DNA of 64,000 nucleotides from Felis catus (Eukaryota). Both the position numbers and the translations under genes were made by a program. The stretch spans positions 155,374,001 through 155,438,000 of the forward strand of contig NC_058368.1 of assembly GCF_018350175.1 (NCBI RefSeq), in the 5' to 3' direction. The notes under the pieces are model-generated. The model worked only from the letters and a program-made list of their open reading frames with translations. It was not told where the DNA came from and did no database searches. Positions 38,952 through 52,257 of the stretch are shown piece after piece (the stretch's first letter is position 1; each line of letters starts with the position of its first letter).

Positions 38952-40081
38952 ACAAAAATTTTTAACATATGCATAATTCTAATGCATATTTATGCCCCAT
39001 TTTATAAAAATATTGAAGATCCTATGAAGAAAGAAAGGCAAATACAACTACTCACATGTGTAACATTAACCAGAGATAACAATTCATTCAGTGTTCTACC
39101 CATGTTATCATACATCCAAAGAATGTGGAAGAATTCGATCTCTGCTGTTCACACACACAGCTTTTACTTACATCACAAAGTGCATAACAAGAATGTTCAG
39201 AGCAAAGGAGATTAAGTTTAACTGCTTATGATCTGTTGTAAGATGTACATGACTATTATTGAATGGTGAGGCTTTGGGGTTATTTTGGAAGGTGGTACAA
39301 AAGGCAGGAAATGATGGTAATTAATTCTTACTTTTTAGTTTATTCTGTAGCATAATTATTGACACATTTCTGGTTTCTATCACCTATCATAAAATATATA
39401 TACAACTTAACAATGCTCTGAAATTAACTTCTCAAACTTGATGGCAGGGAGGGGGAGGCAGTATTCTTACTAGACATAAGTATTTTTTAACATATGGAAA
39501 AATTCAAGCTTGCAGTACAAGGGCTGAAAATTAGGGAAGAGCATGCCCCCTACTCAAAGGGGGGGAAAAGCATTTTAAGCTTCCGTAACCTTAATTATAA
39601 AGTTGACCCTCCTAGAGACCACCATAAACCAGGAGTTAACAGATAAGATTACAATGTATTTGAGTACAAAATTAAATGTAGTTTGAAACACTCAAACTTC
39701 CTTTATATTCTCATCTATTCAGAGCCAATATAACACTGCTGGTTGTAAAATACAGGGCTACTTAAAGGAACACCTTTTTTTAAGCCCAAGGATTAAAAGA
39801 GAAGAGAGACAAAGTATTATCTGTTTGGTATTTCTAGTAACATCTAATGCTAAATATTCTATGCCAAATACTGAACATGCAAAAAAATGTTACTTTTTGA
39901 TAAATCTAAATTGAAAATTACCAAAAAATAAATGAATAAATAAAAAATAAATTGAAAATTACCAAAAAAGAAGGGATGGGGTGGGTGGGAATGAACGTTA
40001 AGTGCACTATCCTCATGATTAAAATATACAACTCAAAGCCTTAGATTTAAGCTGTGATTAAAAAAATAAAGAGAAGGGTCA

Positions 40082-40273
40082 GGGTTCATGGGTGGCTCAG
40101 CATTGGACTCCTGGTTCCTGCTTGGGTCATGACCTCACAATTCGTGGGATAGAGCCCTACATCGGGCTCTGTGCTGACAGTGTGGAGCCTGCTTGGGATT
40201 CTGCCTCTCTCCCTGCCCCTCCCACATGAGCTCCCTCTCTCCTCTCAGAATAAATAAACTTTAAAAAATTTTT
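40082..40273 (+). mobile_element. CanSINE, diverged
   Basis: SINE body and tail; aagagaagg on both flanks. Confidence 0.88.
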
Positions 40274-40989
40274 AAGAGAAGGAAAATATTTTATAAAACT
40301 AAAAATCTTTTGATTTCTTAAATTTCTTGTAATTTATGAATTCAAACAACAGTATGAATAGTTCATGTAACAAAGCAAAATTGAAAAATTTAGAGTGAAA
40401 CTAATGGGTTCCCTTTATAAAGTTAAACTTCAAAAGAGTAAAATCATCAATGAAAAAATAATATAAATTCTTAATGCTTACATTAATATCTTAGGAAAAG
40501 AATTTTTAGCTATCTTCATAGTTTCCAAAGTTGTATTTTCCTACACTTTAAGGCAAAGGAACACTGTGTACAAGAAAGGGATATGTGTAAAGAGATAATT
40601 TAGCATATGGATTTATTCCACCAATTTCAAGCATATAAAATAAAATCATGGGTTTTTTCTCTTATGGTTCAGGTTTTAAATTTAACATAACTTTTATAAA
40701 CGATTTTATAGAATTCCTTATTACCTCAAAATTATCTAACCAGTAGAAAATTACTTCCAACTATATAATTTTATCAAAACTCTTACCACTAGAAGTCTGT
40801 GATATATAAGATACATGAAATAATGTTGTTATTGATTAGATAGGGAAATTTCTCACTTCTTTTTATCATTCATATATATATTTTTATTACTTTTTCTATT
40901 TCTCTCAAATGTCTGTTCTCCTAAAACCACATACTTCTCCTTAGTATTTATAACTGTTTTAATTTAATTCTGAAATTATTTAATTCCAT

Positions 40990-41085
40990 GTTCTCCACTA
41001 GATTGTAATTTACTCCTAATTTATTCCCAGCATCTACCATAGTGTCTGACTTAGAGCAAATGATCAATAAATATGTGTCAATAAG
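40990..41085 (+). mobile_element. L2 3' terminus
   Basis: ccactagattgtaa...ttattcccagcatctaccatagtgtctgac...tcaataaatat. Confidence 0.6.
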
Positions 41086-41954
41086 TGGACGATAGCAAAA
41101 ACAAAACACCAACTGTTCCTTTCACTTTTAGGAAATCTCTCCTGTCTGCTATATATAAATTGGGCCTCAATAAATAGCTGACTCAATGGAGACATAACAC
41201 CGGAAGAACTTCCTCAAATTGCAGCTGTGCATCTAAGAAATACACCATTTTTATCTCTTTTGTGAATCAATTGTGAACCTTTAATATTTAAATTTAAAAT
41301 AATAGACTGAAAAGAGAATGCATCCTTAACAATATCTACATCCAGTGAAGATTTTGATGATCTGATGAAAGGGTATATAATATGAACAGAAACCAATAAT
41401 CATACAGTCAACAAACTGACAGCCAAGTTTTCATAATTAGTGTAGTCAAATACGGGAGCCAGGACAATTAATTTGTAACCTGGCACAAATAATGGCACAA
41501 AAATGAATGAGTGAGTGAATTCCTCAAAAGAAGTTATCTATTCATATACCTTTGCAGTACTTTGATTTGCCCAGACACAATGTATATATACATTACATGC
41601 AAATATACTGCGCACAAATACACAGACACTCAAATTATTTTCATACATAGTATACAGGTAAACAACAAGATCAAAAAGTAAGATTACAAGATTCTAGAGC
41701 TGAAATCAATGTCAAATATAAGAATATACATGACCTAAAATAAAATCTATGTCCTATGTTAAACTCTCTAATCCTCTATTGACAATAGACAGAGTATTTG
41801 GCCTTTCTGAAGTATTCCCACCCTACTGAATAAAGATTATGATTGTCATCTCTCATATGAACATTAGTAAACAGAAATAACAAATACAGTTAATTTTTAC
41901 TTTTTCCTTTATACTTGTTCTCATTCTGAAGAAGGTATTTTAAAGGTATATCTA

Positions 41955-42152
41955 ACAGCCCTTTACGATTTACAAGGCATTTTCACATATATTTTCACTT
42001 AAGCTACATAGCAACTCTATGAGTTATGTGGGCAAGTATTATTAGCCCTGTTTTACAAATCAAGATGCTAAGGGCAAAAGAAGTTAAATGAATTGTCAAA
42101 GACACAAAACTAGTAAGTAGAAAAGCCAGGACTATAGCCCAGATGTTTTGAC
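41955..42152 (-). mobile_element. MIR
   Basis: caactctatgag...tattattagccctgttttacaaat...gaagttaaatgaattgtcaaagacac. Confidence 0.75.
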
Positions 42153-43509
42153 ACCATCTTTTCAGGGCACCACAAACAGATACACAAAGTTACAGATACT
42201 TGAAATGCATAGCAGCATGGCCAAGTATTAAGCCAGCAGTATACCTCTGTGAAGTTTAGAGACTAGAACAGAATAATCTGAGCCCTTCAAATCATCAAAG
42301 AGATCTCACTATTTTATTTAGAATTGTTTCACTATACAATGCACTAGTTAACAAAAGGTTCACTAGAATAGCACATATATACCAAACTAGAAAAAAAAAA
42401 AAAGCAAACAAACAAAAAAACCTGATAACAGATTTACTCAATTACAGAGTTAATACAAACCAGTATGTAGTTTGTTTATAAAATATATATATAATAGGAA
42501 TATTTCCCTGAATCTCTCACTGACAGAATGCAATCTTTCAATTAATTTACATGATTATTTTTTTCATGAAGTGTATTTAAACTGTCTTATTTTTCCTCTC
42601 CCTACCACTCTAGAATTTTTTTTAAAAACTTCTAAATGTCGAAAATAGAATAAGTAATTGCCTGATACCTCCTTGCAAACTCTTTAAAAGTTGTACAGCT
42701 GCTAATGTATGTTTGCGCTGGCATTGCAGAGTGCAGCCTGGGGAATACAAAATCTGATTTCAGAGAAACCAGAGCTTACTTCAAAGAAAAGAGCAACTCT
42801 CTCCAGCTGATAAGATATTTCCTGAAAGAAAACAACTACCAAGGAAGAAATACACTAGTGATATCTCCTGTTAGTCTTCTACAATCCTTCATTTAATAAA
42901 ATAAAGTTTTTTTCCCATTTACTTGATTACATACTTCCATTTCACATTTTCTCCTGTAATGGTTTAATTTTTGTTAGCTTATTTGTTTATTGTAGGTTTC
43001 AGAGTGTAATCCCATTGTTTCAAAGTACATGGGGAAAAAAAGCTAGGTAACTCCAAGATACCCTCAAAAATCTCATCAGAAAGGGAAATAAATTTAAGAA
43101 ATATGAAATATGAACTAGGTATTTTTCTTATAGATTTAGAATGTTGCTGGGCAACAATAATTAGATAACTTATTTCATATACTCATGCCATGAAACTTAA
43201 ATGTCATATCTAATCAGGCTTATATTCTTCTTTCCAGAAGAGATTCAAAGGACTTTTGCAATATGTTACAGGCATAAAATGACCTCTAAAAATTGGGCTC
43301 ATGATAACAAGAGTTCTGCAAAATTTCATTTATGATAAATATTAGTAATGGGGTACAGAACTAGTAATAAATAGACCTAGTGTCTCTAGACCTGAGATTG
43401 TGTGGAAACAGCAGAAAGAGCACTGAACTGTTCTTTTCCAATGTTACTAAACTGATGACTACGCAATTGATAATGTAATTATTACTGTAATTTTGGCTTT
43501 TCATTTGTA

Positions 43510-43835
43510 TGGAAACTTACAGTTCCAAACATTTTCACTTAGATTATCTCATTCAGCCCTCCCAATAACCCTCAAAACCCATTTTACAAATGAGACAAAA
43601 GAGACTAAAAAGATAAGGATTTTCCAGAGATCACATAATTCCAGAAATGGAATATGAAACCAGCTCTTTTCATTCTAAGATAATACATTTGCCTTCATCT
43701 GTGCTTGAGTTTCTTCATCCTTAAAATGGGAACCATTATATCTATGACACAGTTTTTCATTCACTCCTCAGATATTTAGTGAGTACATGACAGGCAAGAT
43801 TAAATGATACGCATGTTGAAAGTACTTTGGACACT
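43510..43835. mobile_element. MIR fragments in both orientations
   Basis: cccattttacaaatgagacaaaagag (minus) and ctgtgcttgagtttcttcatccttaaaatggga (plus). Confidence 0.6.
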
Positions 43836-44278
43836 CTATAAAAACAAAAACAAAACATCCACACAAAAATATAGGGTACTAGCAGTAAAGAAACTGGCCT
43901 GGGCCTAATGGGGATCAATGTCAAAGCTGACAATTTAACCCACAGTATTATGCTTCTTTGGGCCTCCTACAATATGCATCTGGGAAATCACCATAGTACA
44001 GGCTGATGCAGGAATCTATTAAAATAGATTTAAAGTAGATTAAAACTGTCTAGCAGACTATTATAATTTTTAAATTAAACAAACAAAATACACTAGTTAA
44101 GTGACCTCTTTCTCAGGGATTAGGATCTAAAGTGAGCACACAAAAATTTGCATATGGTCAAAATCCTTTTGTACAATGTACACTGAAGACCAACATACTT
44201 CCTCCCATAGACAGTTATCTTTTTTCCTTAGTTGAATACCAGATGATTTAGCTGGCCTGCATTTTATATTGTATTAAA

Positions 44279-44392
44279 ATACATATATATGTACATATAT
44301 ATACCTGTATATGTATATGTATGTGTATGTGTGTATATATACATATGTATTCATGAATACAAGTGTACTCACGTACACACACATATTATATG
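44279..44392. repeat. Degenerate (TA/TG/CA)n simple repeat
   Basis: Alternating purine-pyrimidine tract. Confidence 0.85.
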
Positions 44393-45742
44393 TCTTTAAA
44401 CCCTAGAAACACACTCAGCCTAGCACATATAAAGGAGTTGAAATCAACAGGAACAGAAAATTTACCTCTCACATTCACTCCTAGCACAGATTCATTGAAT
44501 GGAATACTTTAATTTCTCTCTTTGGCCACATATGTGCATATGTATTTAGGTAAGGTATATGTACAATGTGAGTCCACAATGTAGGTCATTAAAATAGAAA
44601 TTTGAATACATATACCCACACTAATATTCACATGTGTGGAAACAAAAATATACTCAAACTGCCCACATTTTATAATGCCAAGAGGACCCTTAATTTCTAT
44701 TTGACACTGTATATTTTGGTAATAACTTACTTGTTAGCCTATTTATCATACCCATTAACAATATGAAAGCATACATAAATGTATATTAAAATTTTCAAAG
44801 GAAGACCCTCTAAAACAATGCTTTCTGATTAGACATGCAACTTAGAGCCCCATTCCTGTTGCTATTGCCCAATAATTCTTAAAGATTGACATAAAGGAAA
44901 ATATCCAACTTGATTACAAGAAATGTGTGATCTTTTATAGAAAGGTATTCTACAACAACTGCTACTACCACTTTGTTCAATAGATCACTTAAAATACAAT
45001 ATACTATTTGAAAAATTAGAATAAATAACATTTAAGAAGTCTAGACTAAGAATTTCAAGATTATTCATCAGCGATGACTACATACAAATTGACATTTCTC
45101 CTAGATAAGGTTTTTAAAAACCCTATTTATAGAAAGAAAAATTGAGCATTACTGTATCTAAAGTCTCAATGTTAAAAATCATAGGGTTTTTAAGAGACAA
45201 ATTCACATGCACCATTATTTACAGTAAAAGATAGATCCTATAAAACTCATGTGAATCACATAGAAAATAATGGGGTTTCCCTGTTCAAAACTGAACTACA
45301 TATACATAAATTATTATAACATTTTGTACCTCCTTAAAAACCACAGGTTGTTTAAATTTTTAGTTTTTAGTTGTTCATTTCTGCATGGTTTAAAATTGGA
45401 TATAGATTTGTTTTGGTTAGTCTCCACTTTGTTAATGAACACTTCCATATTTTCCTTTTTTCTAAAGAAATGCCAAATCCACTCAAAAAAGTTGTCAAAT
45501 CCACAGCATCATTTTCTCATATTTACCATGTTCAATAATATCCAAAGGAAAGTTCCTAAACAAGTAGACTCATCACTGAAATTTCAGTCCAAACAAAAAA
45601 ATAATTTTATTTATTTACATTCTCCTTTTTTATCCAACAAGAAGAAATGTATAGGTTTATTCTACTAAGAATGCCTTAATCTAAATTAGAAACTATTTAA
45701 TCTAGGACCAGATTCTCATCCTATGAACTTCAAGAAAATTTT

Positions 45743-45960
45743 CTTTTTTTTTTTAATGTTTTTTTAATGTTTATTTATTTTTGAGAGAGAGACAGTGAGA
45801 TGTGGAGGGGCAGAGAGAGAAGGAGTCACAGAATCCGAAGCAGGCTCCAGGCTCTGAGCTGTCAGCACAGAGCCCGACTCAGGGCTCAAACTCACAGACT
45901 GTGAGATCATGACCTGAGCTGAAGTCTGACGCTTAACCGACTGAGCCACCCAGGCGCCCC
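45743..45960 (-). mobile_element. CanSINE
   Basis: Reverse SINE ending caggcgcccc; TSD aaaatttt. Confidence 0.95.
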
Positions 45961-46821
45961 AAAATTTTTAAGAGTAACACAGCCCATTCTTAAGTGAATT
46001 TCCACCAAATGTTATGGAGACTTTGATGAACACAAATAAGTTCTCATATTCTTTAAAAAAAACAAAGGAAATTGTTTAAATGAGCAAAATGTAAATGACG
46101 GTCATAACCAAAACACCAGATTAATATAGTGTTCTTCTTCTGTGGTAAAATAAAGCTTCTACATATTCCTAGTCTAAAAGAAAAAAACAGTTGTGATTTT
46201 TGTAATTCTTTGGCCAAAATAAGAATGAAAATCTAAAACCAAGCATCTGGAAATGTGACAATACTTCATCAATGAACAGATGAAATATTAATATTATAAA
46301 TGTTTTACAATTATATCCTCTAAATACCCAAGAGGAATACTTCAGTAGTATGAATTTTTGATGTTCTGTACTTTATTTTTGAATTTAAAGAGTGAAGATA
46401 TAACTAATTCTATCTCTTTACAAAAATGAACAGCAAGAAGGACAATTATTTTTGGCTTTGTGCAATTCAAAATAGAATATGAGTAATAAATAAAATTATA
46501 TGTATGTATTCATGTGTATGTGTATATATGTATATGAATGTGTATATATACTATGTATAGTCTTCAATGTATGCTGGTTAGCCTATATTAGTGATAATTA
46601 AAATTCTTTATCACATAATACAAATAACAGTTGATAAAAGTACTGTTATTACTGCTGGAGAAATAAGAAAGAAATAAAATTTCCTAAAGCAATCCTATAT
46701 TATAGGTAGGAGGCTCACCAAACTTACTGGTAACTAAGTGATGCTGAAAGGGACCATATACCAACACATATACACTAGAAGAAAGATGAAGACATCAAGA
46801 AGTTTAAAAAGATTAACACTT

Positions 46822-47025
46822 GGGGCACCTGAGTGGCTCAGTCAGTTAAGCATCCGACTCCGCCGGCTCAGGTCATGATCTCATGGTTTGTGGGTTTGAG
46901 CCCCACGTCAGGCTCTGTGCTGACAGCTGAGAGCCTGGAGCCTGCTTAGGATTCTGTGTCTCCCTCTCTGCCCTTCCCCCAGTCATGCTCTCTCAAAAAT
47001 AAACATTGAAAAAAAATTTTTTAAA
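46822..47025 (+). mobile_element. CanSINE
   Basis: TSD aaaaagat(t/c)aa(c/t)actt at 46806-46821 and 47026-47041. Confidence 0.94.
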
Positions 47026-47398
47026 AAAAAGATCAATACTTAGCACTGACTCTAACACTTAGCTTATAGAAAAAGTGAAGAATTTGGGAATTATCTTAAT
47101 TGACACAAATATTGTACCAAAAAATACTTAAAATCTTCTTGTTATTCCCTTAATAGTTTATTTACTTCAAAGCACCTACAACTATCCACTTCCCTTTTCC
47201 TGGGGAACCAAGACCAAAGTGATCACAGGTGAATTATGTAATCAAATGATGACTCATTTTCAATAAGAAATTAATTCATGTTATAGAAATTTTGAGGATC
47301 CAGGAATCCTGGCTCTGAATTTAAAAATACTACATTACATTAAAACTCTAACTTTGCTTTTATTCATATAGATCTGTTAATTTAAAATATAAACAATA

Positions 47399-47609
47399 GG
47401 GGCGCCTGGGTGGCTCAGTCGGTTGAGTGTCCGACTTTGGCTCGGGTCATGATCTTGTGGTTCATGAGTTCAAGCCCCACATCGGGCCATGTGCTGACAA
47501 CTCAGAGCCTGGAGCCTGCTTCGGAATCTGTGTCTCCCTCTCTCTCTGTCCCTTCCCCGCTTGCACTCTGTCTCTCTGTCAAAAATAAATAAACATTAAA
47601 AAAAATTTT
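47399..47609 (+). mobile_element. CanSINE
   Basis: Perfect TSD aatataaacaata at 47386-47398 and 47610-47622. Confidence 0.95.
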
Positions 47610-47909
47610 AATATAAACAATAAATTGTGATGTTGTAGAAAGAGGGGAAAATTATTTGCTTTTGTTATTTTGTACCAATATTCACAAATTTCATATCTAC
47701 CAAAAGCAGTAGGTAAACTTTGTAGTAAGCTTTGAAGTTTACGAAGTTCTTTTACATAAATTGACTTATTATGTCCTTACATTAGCCTTAATATCCAGTT
47801 CACAAATTAAAAACTGTGCCTCAAACATATTAAATGATTTACCCAAAAATAAGTCACAGAACTCAAAACTGACAAAATGGAATTCTGACAGATTCCAATC
47901 TCTATACCT

Positions 47910-48245
47910 TTTTTTAAGTGTTACGAACCATGCTCATTATGTTTTATGTTAGCTCTTATGCATTATACACCTTATATCTGAAAGTTCAGGCCCTTTTACC
48001 AACCTCTACTTCCCCCACTTCCATGCCTCTGGTAACCACTTTGCCATTCATTATATGAGTCTGAAGTTGGGTGTTTTGTTTTGTTTTTAATTCCACGTAT
48101 AAGTGGTACTATGCAGTATTGGTCTTTCTTTGGCTTATTTCACATAGCATAATGCCATGAAGGTCCATGTTGTTGCAAATGGCAGGATTTCTTTATTTAT
48201 CATGACTGAATAGTATTCCATTTGTGTGTATATGTCCACTGATGT
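47910..48245 (-). mobile_element. L1MA-like 3' end fragment
   Basis: cttatatctgaaagtt...gcctctggtaaccac...ttatttcacatagcataatgcc...gaatagtattccatt. Confidence 0.85.
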
Positions 48246-48290
48246 ACACACACATGCAAAAAAAAAAAAAAAAAAAAAAAGCTGTGCTAT

Positions 48291-48701
48291 GGAGTATTAC
48301 TTGGCAATCAAAAAGAATGAAATCTTGCCATTTGCAACTACGTGGATGGACCTAAAGTGTATTATGCTAGGGGAAATCAGTCAAAGAAAGACAAGTATCA
48401 TATAACTTCACTCATATGAGGATTTTAAGACGCAGAACAAATGAACATAAGGGAAGGGAAGCAAAAATAATATAAAAACAGGGAGGGGAACAAAACTTAA
48501 GAGACTCTTAAATATGGAGAAAAAACAGAGGGTTACTGGAAGGGTTGGGGGGGATGGGCTAAATGGATAAGGGGCATTAAAGAATATACTCCTGAAATCA
48601 TTGTTGCACTATATGCTAACTAATTTGGATGTAAATTTAACAAAAATAAAATTAATAAAATAAAATGGAATATTCTTTGTAACACACACATACACACACA
48701 C
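48291..48701 (+). mobile_element. 5'-truncated felid-type L1 3' end
   Basis: 3'UTR ending tactcctgaaatcattgttgcactatatgctaactaatttggatgtaaat plus an A-rich tail. Flanked by aaagctg(t/g)gctat at 48278-48290 and 48702-48714. Confidence 0.9.
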
Positions 48702-49467
48702 AAAGCTGGGCTATAGAAGAAATGACCAAGATAGAGCTAAAAACAAGCTGGAATACCAGTGTGTATCATGTAGATGATGTCTTTACTTTAAATTCTGTAC
48801 TGAAATTTGCTTCTGGTCCAAGAGGGCAAGATAGGAGGATCATGGACTCATCAACTCCTAGGACTCAGCTAACGTACAACTATATACAAGGCAATTCACT
48901 CCATACGAAATCCAAAAACTAGCTGAGTGACAAGTACACATTTAGCAAATAAGAAAATACCCACATGGGAACAGATCTTGGCACACTCTCAACTATTCTG
49001 AACAATAAAGAACAAATAAGGTGAAATGAACAACCATAAAGATTTGACAATCAAAAGTTTGGGCCAGGATGAATGGTAAGGTTCATTTCCTACACAAGAC
49101 CACTCTGTCAAGACTAGGAGAAGGTTGTTTTATTAAATGTTGCAAACCAATACAGAAAGTCAAGGAAACTGAAGAAAAAGGAATATGTTCCAAACAAAGG
49201 AATAAGATAAAACTCCCCCAAAAAGGTTTCCCATAACAGAGATAAGTGAGCTATCCAAGAAAGATTTGAAAATAATAGTCATAAAGATCTTCACCAAGGT
49301 CCTGGGAACAATGCATGAACAAAATGGGAATTTCAGCAGAAAGAAAAATATAAAAAATTATTAAACACATTATCACAAAGCTGAAAAATACAATAACTAA
49401 ACTGAAAATTCAATACTGGGGTCAACATCAAACTAGATGAAGTGGAAGAAAGAATCCATCAACTCAA

Positions 49468-49699
49468 GGGGCACCTGGGTGGCTCAGTCAGTTAAGCACC
49501 CTACTCTTGATCTCAGCTCAGGTCATAATCTGACTCTGAGACTGGGCCCCATGTGGGGCTCTGTGCTGAGTGCAAAGCCTGCTTGGGCTTCTCTTTCTCT
49601 CTTTCTCTCCCCCTCCCCCACAGACGTGTGCGAGCTAGCTCGCTCACTCACTCTCTCTCTCTCCTCTCAAAATAAATAAATAAACGTTAAAAAAAAAAA
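49468..49699 (+). mobile_element. CanSINE
   Basis: 22-bp TSD aagaaagaatccat(c/g)aactcaa at 49446-49467 and 49700-49721. Confidence 0.94.
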
Positions 49700-50540
49700 A
49701 AGAAAGAATCCATGAACTCAAAGATGGGGCATTCAAATTCATCCAAAGAAAAAAAGAGGAACAAAAGGAAAAAAGAATGAAAAAGATTAAGATAGCTTAA
49801 GGGACTTGACACCATCAAGCAGACCAAATACACAAACTAACTTTACACCTCAAGAAATTAGAAAAAGAACAAAAAACTAAGTCCAAAGTTAGTAGAAGGA
49901 AGGAAACAACAAAAAGCAGAGAGGAACTAAATGAAATAGAGACTAAAAGAGAAAAGATCAGTGAAACCAAGAGCTAATTTCTTGAAAAGATGTACAACAT
50001 AAACTGCTGGCAAGATTTACCAAGAAAAAAGAGTGAGAGCTCAAACAAATAAAATTGGAATGAAAGAAGATACATTAAAACTCATACCACACAAATACAA
50101 AAGATCATATAAGACTACTATAAATAATTATATGCCAACAAACTGGAAAACCTAGAAGAAATGAATAAACTCCTAAAAACATGCAGCTGACCAAGAATGA
50201 ATCTAAAAGGAACAGAAAATCTGAACAGACCGACTACTAGTTAGGAGAATGATTCAGTAATCAAAAACAATAACAAATAAAAGTCCAGAACCAGACACCA
50301 TCACTGGTGAATTCTATTTTTAAAAAAATTCAAACAGGAATTAATACAGTTCTAGTCAAAAACTTCCAAAAACTAGAAGAGAGAACGTTTCCAAACTTAT
50401 TTTATAAGGTCATTATTGCCCTGGTAAGAAAACCTATACAAAGACATTATAAGAAAAAAAGTTACAAGAAAATAAAATTATAGCCACCATCTTTGATGAA
50501 TACACATGCAAAAATCCTCAACAAAATGCTAGTAAATCAA

Positions 50541-50732
50541 TTTTTTTAATTTTGATTTTTTATTTTAGAAAGAGAGAGCATGACAGGGGAGAGGAGCAGA
50601 GGAAGAGAAAGAGAATCTTAAGCAGGCTCCACACTCAACACTCAGCACGGAGTCCAACATGAGTCTCAATACCACAATGCAAGCCAAAATTAAGAGTCAG
50701 ATGCTCAAGTGACTGAGCCACCCAAGCACCCC
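50541..50732 (-). mobile_element. CanSINE
   Basis: Reverse SINE; imperfect TSD aaat..(t/c)agtaaat. Confidence 0.9.
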
Positions 50733-51698
50733 AAATACCAGTAAATTAAATTTAACAGTACACTAAAAGTATCAGATACCATGATCAACTGTGATTTATT
50801 CCAGGGATGCAAGGATGATTCAACATGTGTAAAGCAATCAATGTGATACACATTGGCAAAATGAAGAATAAAAATCATATGATTATCTCAATATATGCAA
50901 AAAAAGCATCTGTAAAATTCAACATCCATTCATGATAAAAATTTTCACAAAGTACATATAGAGGGTACATACCTCAACACAACAAAAGCCATATATGACA
51001 AGCCACAAATAACACTATATTCAATGGTGAAAAAGAAGAAGCTTTTCCTCTAAGATCAGGAAAAAGATAAGGATGACTACTATACCACTTTTATTCACAT
51101 TGTACTGGAAGTCCTAGCCAGAGCAATTAGGCAAGATCAAGGGAGTGGGGAAAGGCATTCATAGTGGGAAGGAAGAAGTAAAACTGTTTCTATTTGCAGA
51201 TGACATGATATTACATGTCAGATATTACATGTTAGAAAGCCCTAAAGACTCCACCAAAAACCTGTTAGAATTAATCAACAAATTTCATAAAGTCATAGGA
51301 CACAAAATTGATATACAAAACTCAGTTGAGTTTCTATAAACTAACTTTTTATATTAAAAGATAAATTAAGAAAACAGCCACCTTTACAACTACATCAAAA
51401 AGAATAAAATACCTAGGAATAAATTTAACCAAGGAGGTGAAAGAATTATACTCTGTAAACTCTAAGACACTAATGAAAGAAAGTGAAGAAAACACAAATA
51501 AATGGAAAGATATTCTGTGTTCATGGATTAGAAGAATTACTATTGTTAAAATATCCATATTACTGAAAGCAATCTACAGATTCAATGCAATCACTTTCAA
51601 AATCCCAAGGTCATCTTTCATAAATACAATGAAGAATCCTAAAATTTGTATAGAATCACAAAAGACCCTGAATAGCCATAACAATCCTGAGAAAGAAT

Positions 51699-51834
51699 GG
51701 AACTCCCAGATGGCTAGGTCAGCTAAGCATCCAACTCTTGATTTCGACTCAGGTCTTGGTGTCATGGTTGTGAGATTGAGTTCCTTGTTGGACTTGTGCT
51801 GACCATGAGTCTGCTTAAGATTGTCTCTGTCTCA
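51699..51834 (+). mobile_element. Old CanSINE 5' part, tail missing
   Basis: gatggctaggtcagctaagcatccaactcttgatttcgactcaggtc...ctgcttaagatt. Confidence 0.85.
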
Positions 51835-52060
51835 GCCTGGGTGTCTCAGTCGGTTGAGTGTCCGACTTTGGCTCAGGTCATGATCTCACAGCTTGTGAAT
51901 TCAAGCCCCTCATCGGGCTCTGTGCTGACAGCTCAGAGCCTGGAGCGTGCTTCTGATTCTGCGTCTCCCTCTCTCTCTGCCCCTCCCCCACTCATGCTCT
52001 GTCTCTCTCTGTCTCAGAAATAAATACACATAAAAAAAAAATTTTTTAAGTAAATAAAAA
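51835..52060 (+). mobile_element. CanSINE nested in a SINE
   Basis: Perfect TSD aagattgtctctgtctca at 51817-51834 and 52061-52078. Confidence 0.95.
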
Positions 52061-52078
52061 AAGATTGTCTCTGTCTCA

Positions 52079-52257
52079 TAAACTGAGGGTTGCTGGAGGG
52101 AAGATGGGTGGGGTTATGGGATAAATGGGTGATGGGCATTAAGGGGGGGCATGTGTTGGGATAAGCACTGGGTGTTATATCACTAAATTCTACTAACGGA
52201 TACAAACTATATGTTAACTAACTTGAATTTAAATAAAATCTTGGAAGAAAAAAAAAA
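52079..52257 (+). mobile_element. Short L1 3' terminus (carnivore/felid type)
   Basis: aaactgagggttgctggaggg...atgggtgatgggcattaagg...tatgttaactaacttgaatttaaataaaa plus poly(A); similar to 2154-2335. Confidence 0.9.

Noticed and set aside
45527..45555. 29-nt exon-like unit tttAG|GAAC...CATG|GTAAAT on the minus strand
   Set aside because: Weak pyrimidine tract and donor; expected by chance in 64 kb.
46727..46774. Exon-like unit ttctAG|TGTATATG...ACCA|GTAAGT on the minus strand (similar cases near 9196-9242, 38558-38590 and 39056-39145)
   Set aside because: Pseudoexon-grade signals that cannot be chained into a consistent, recognisable reading frame.
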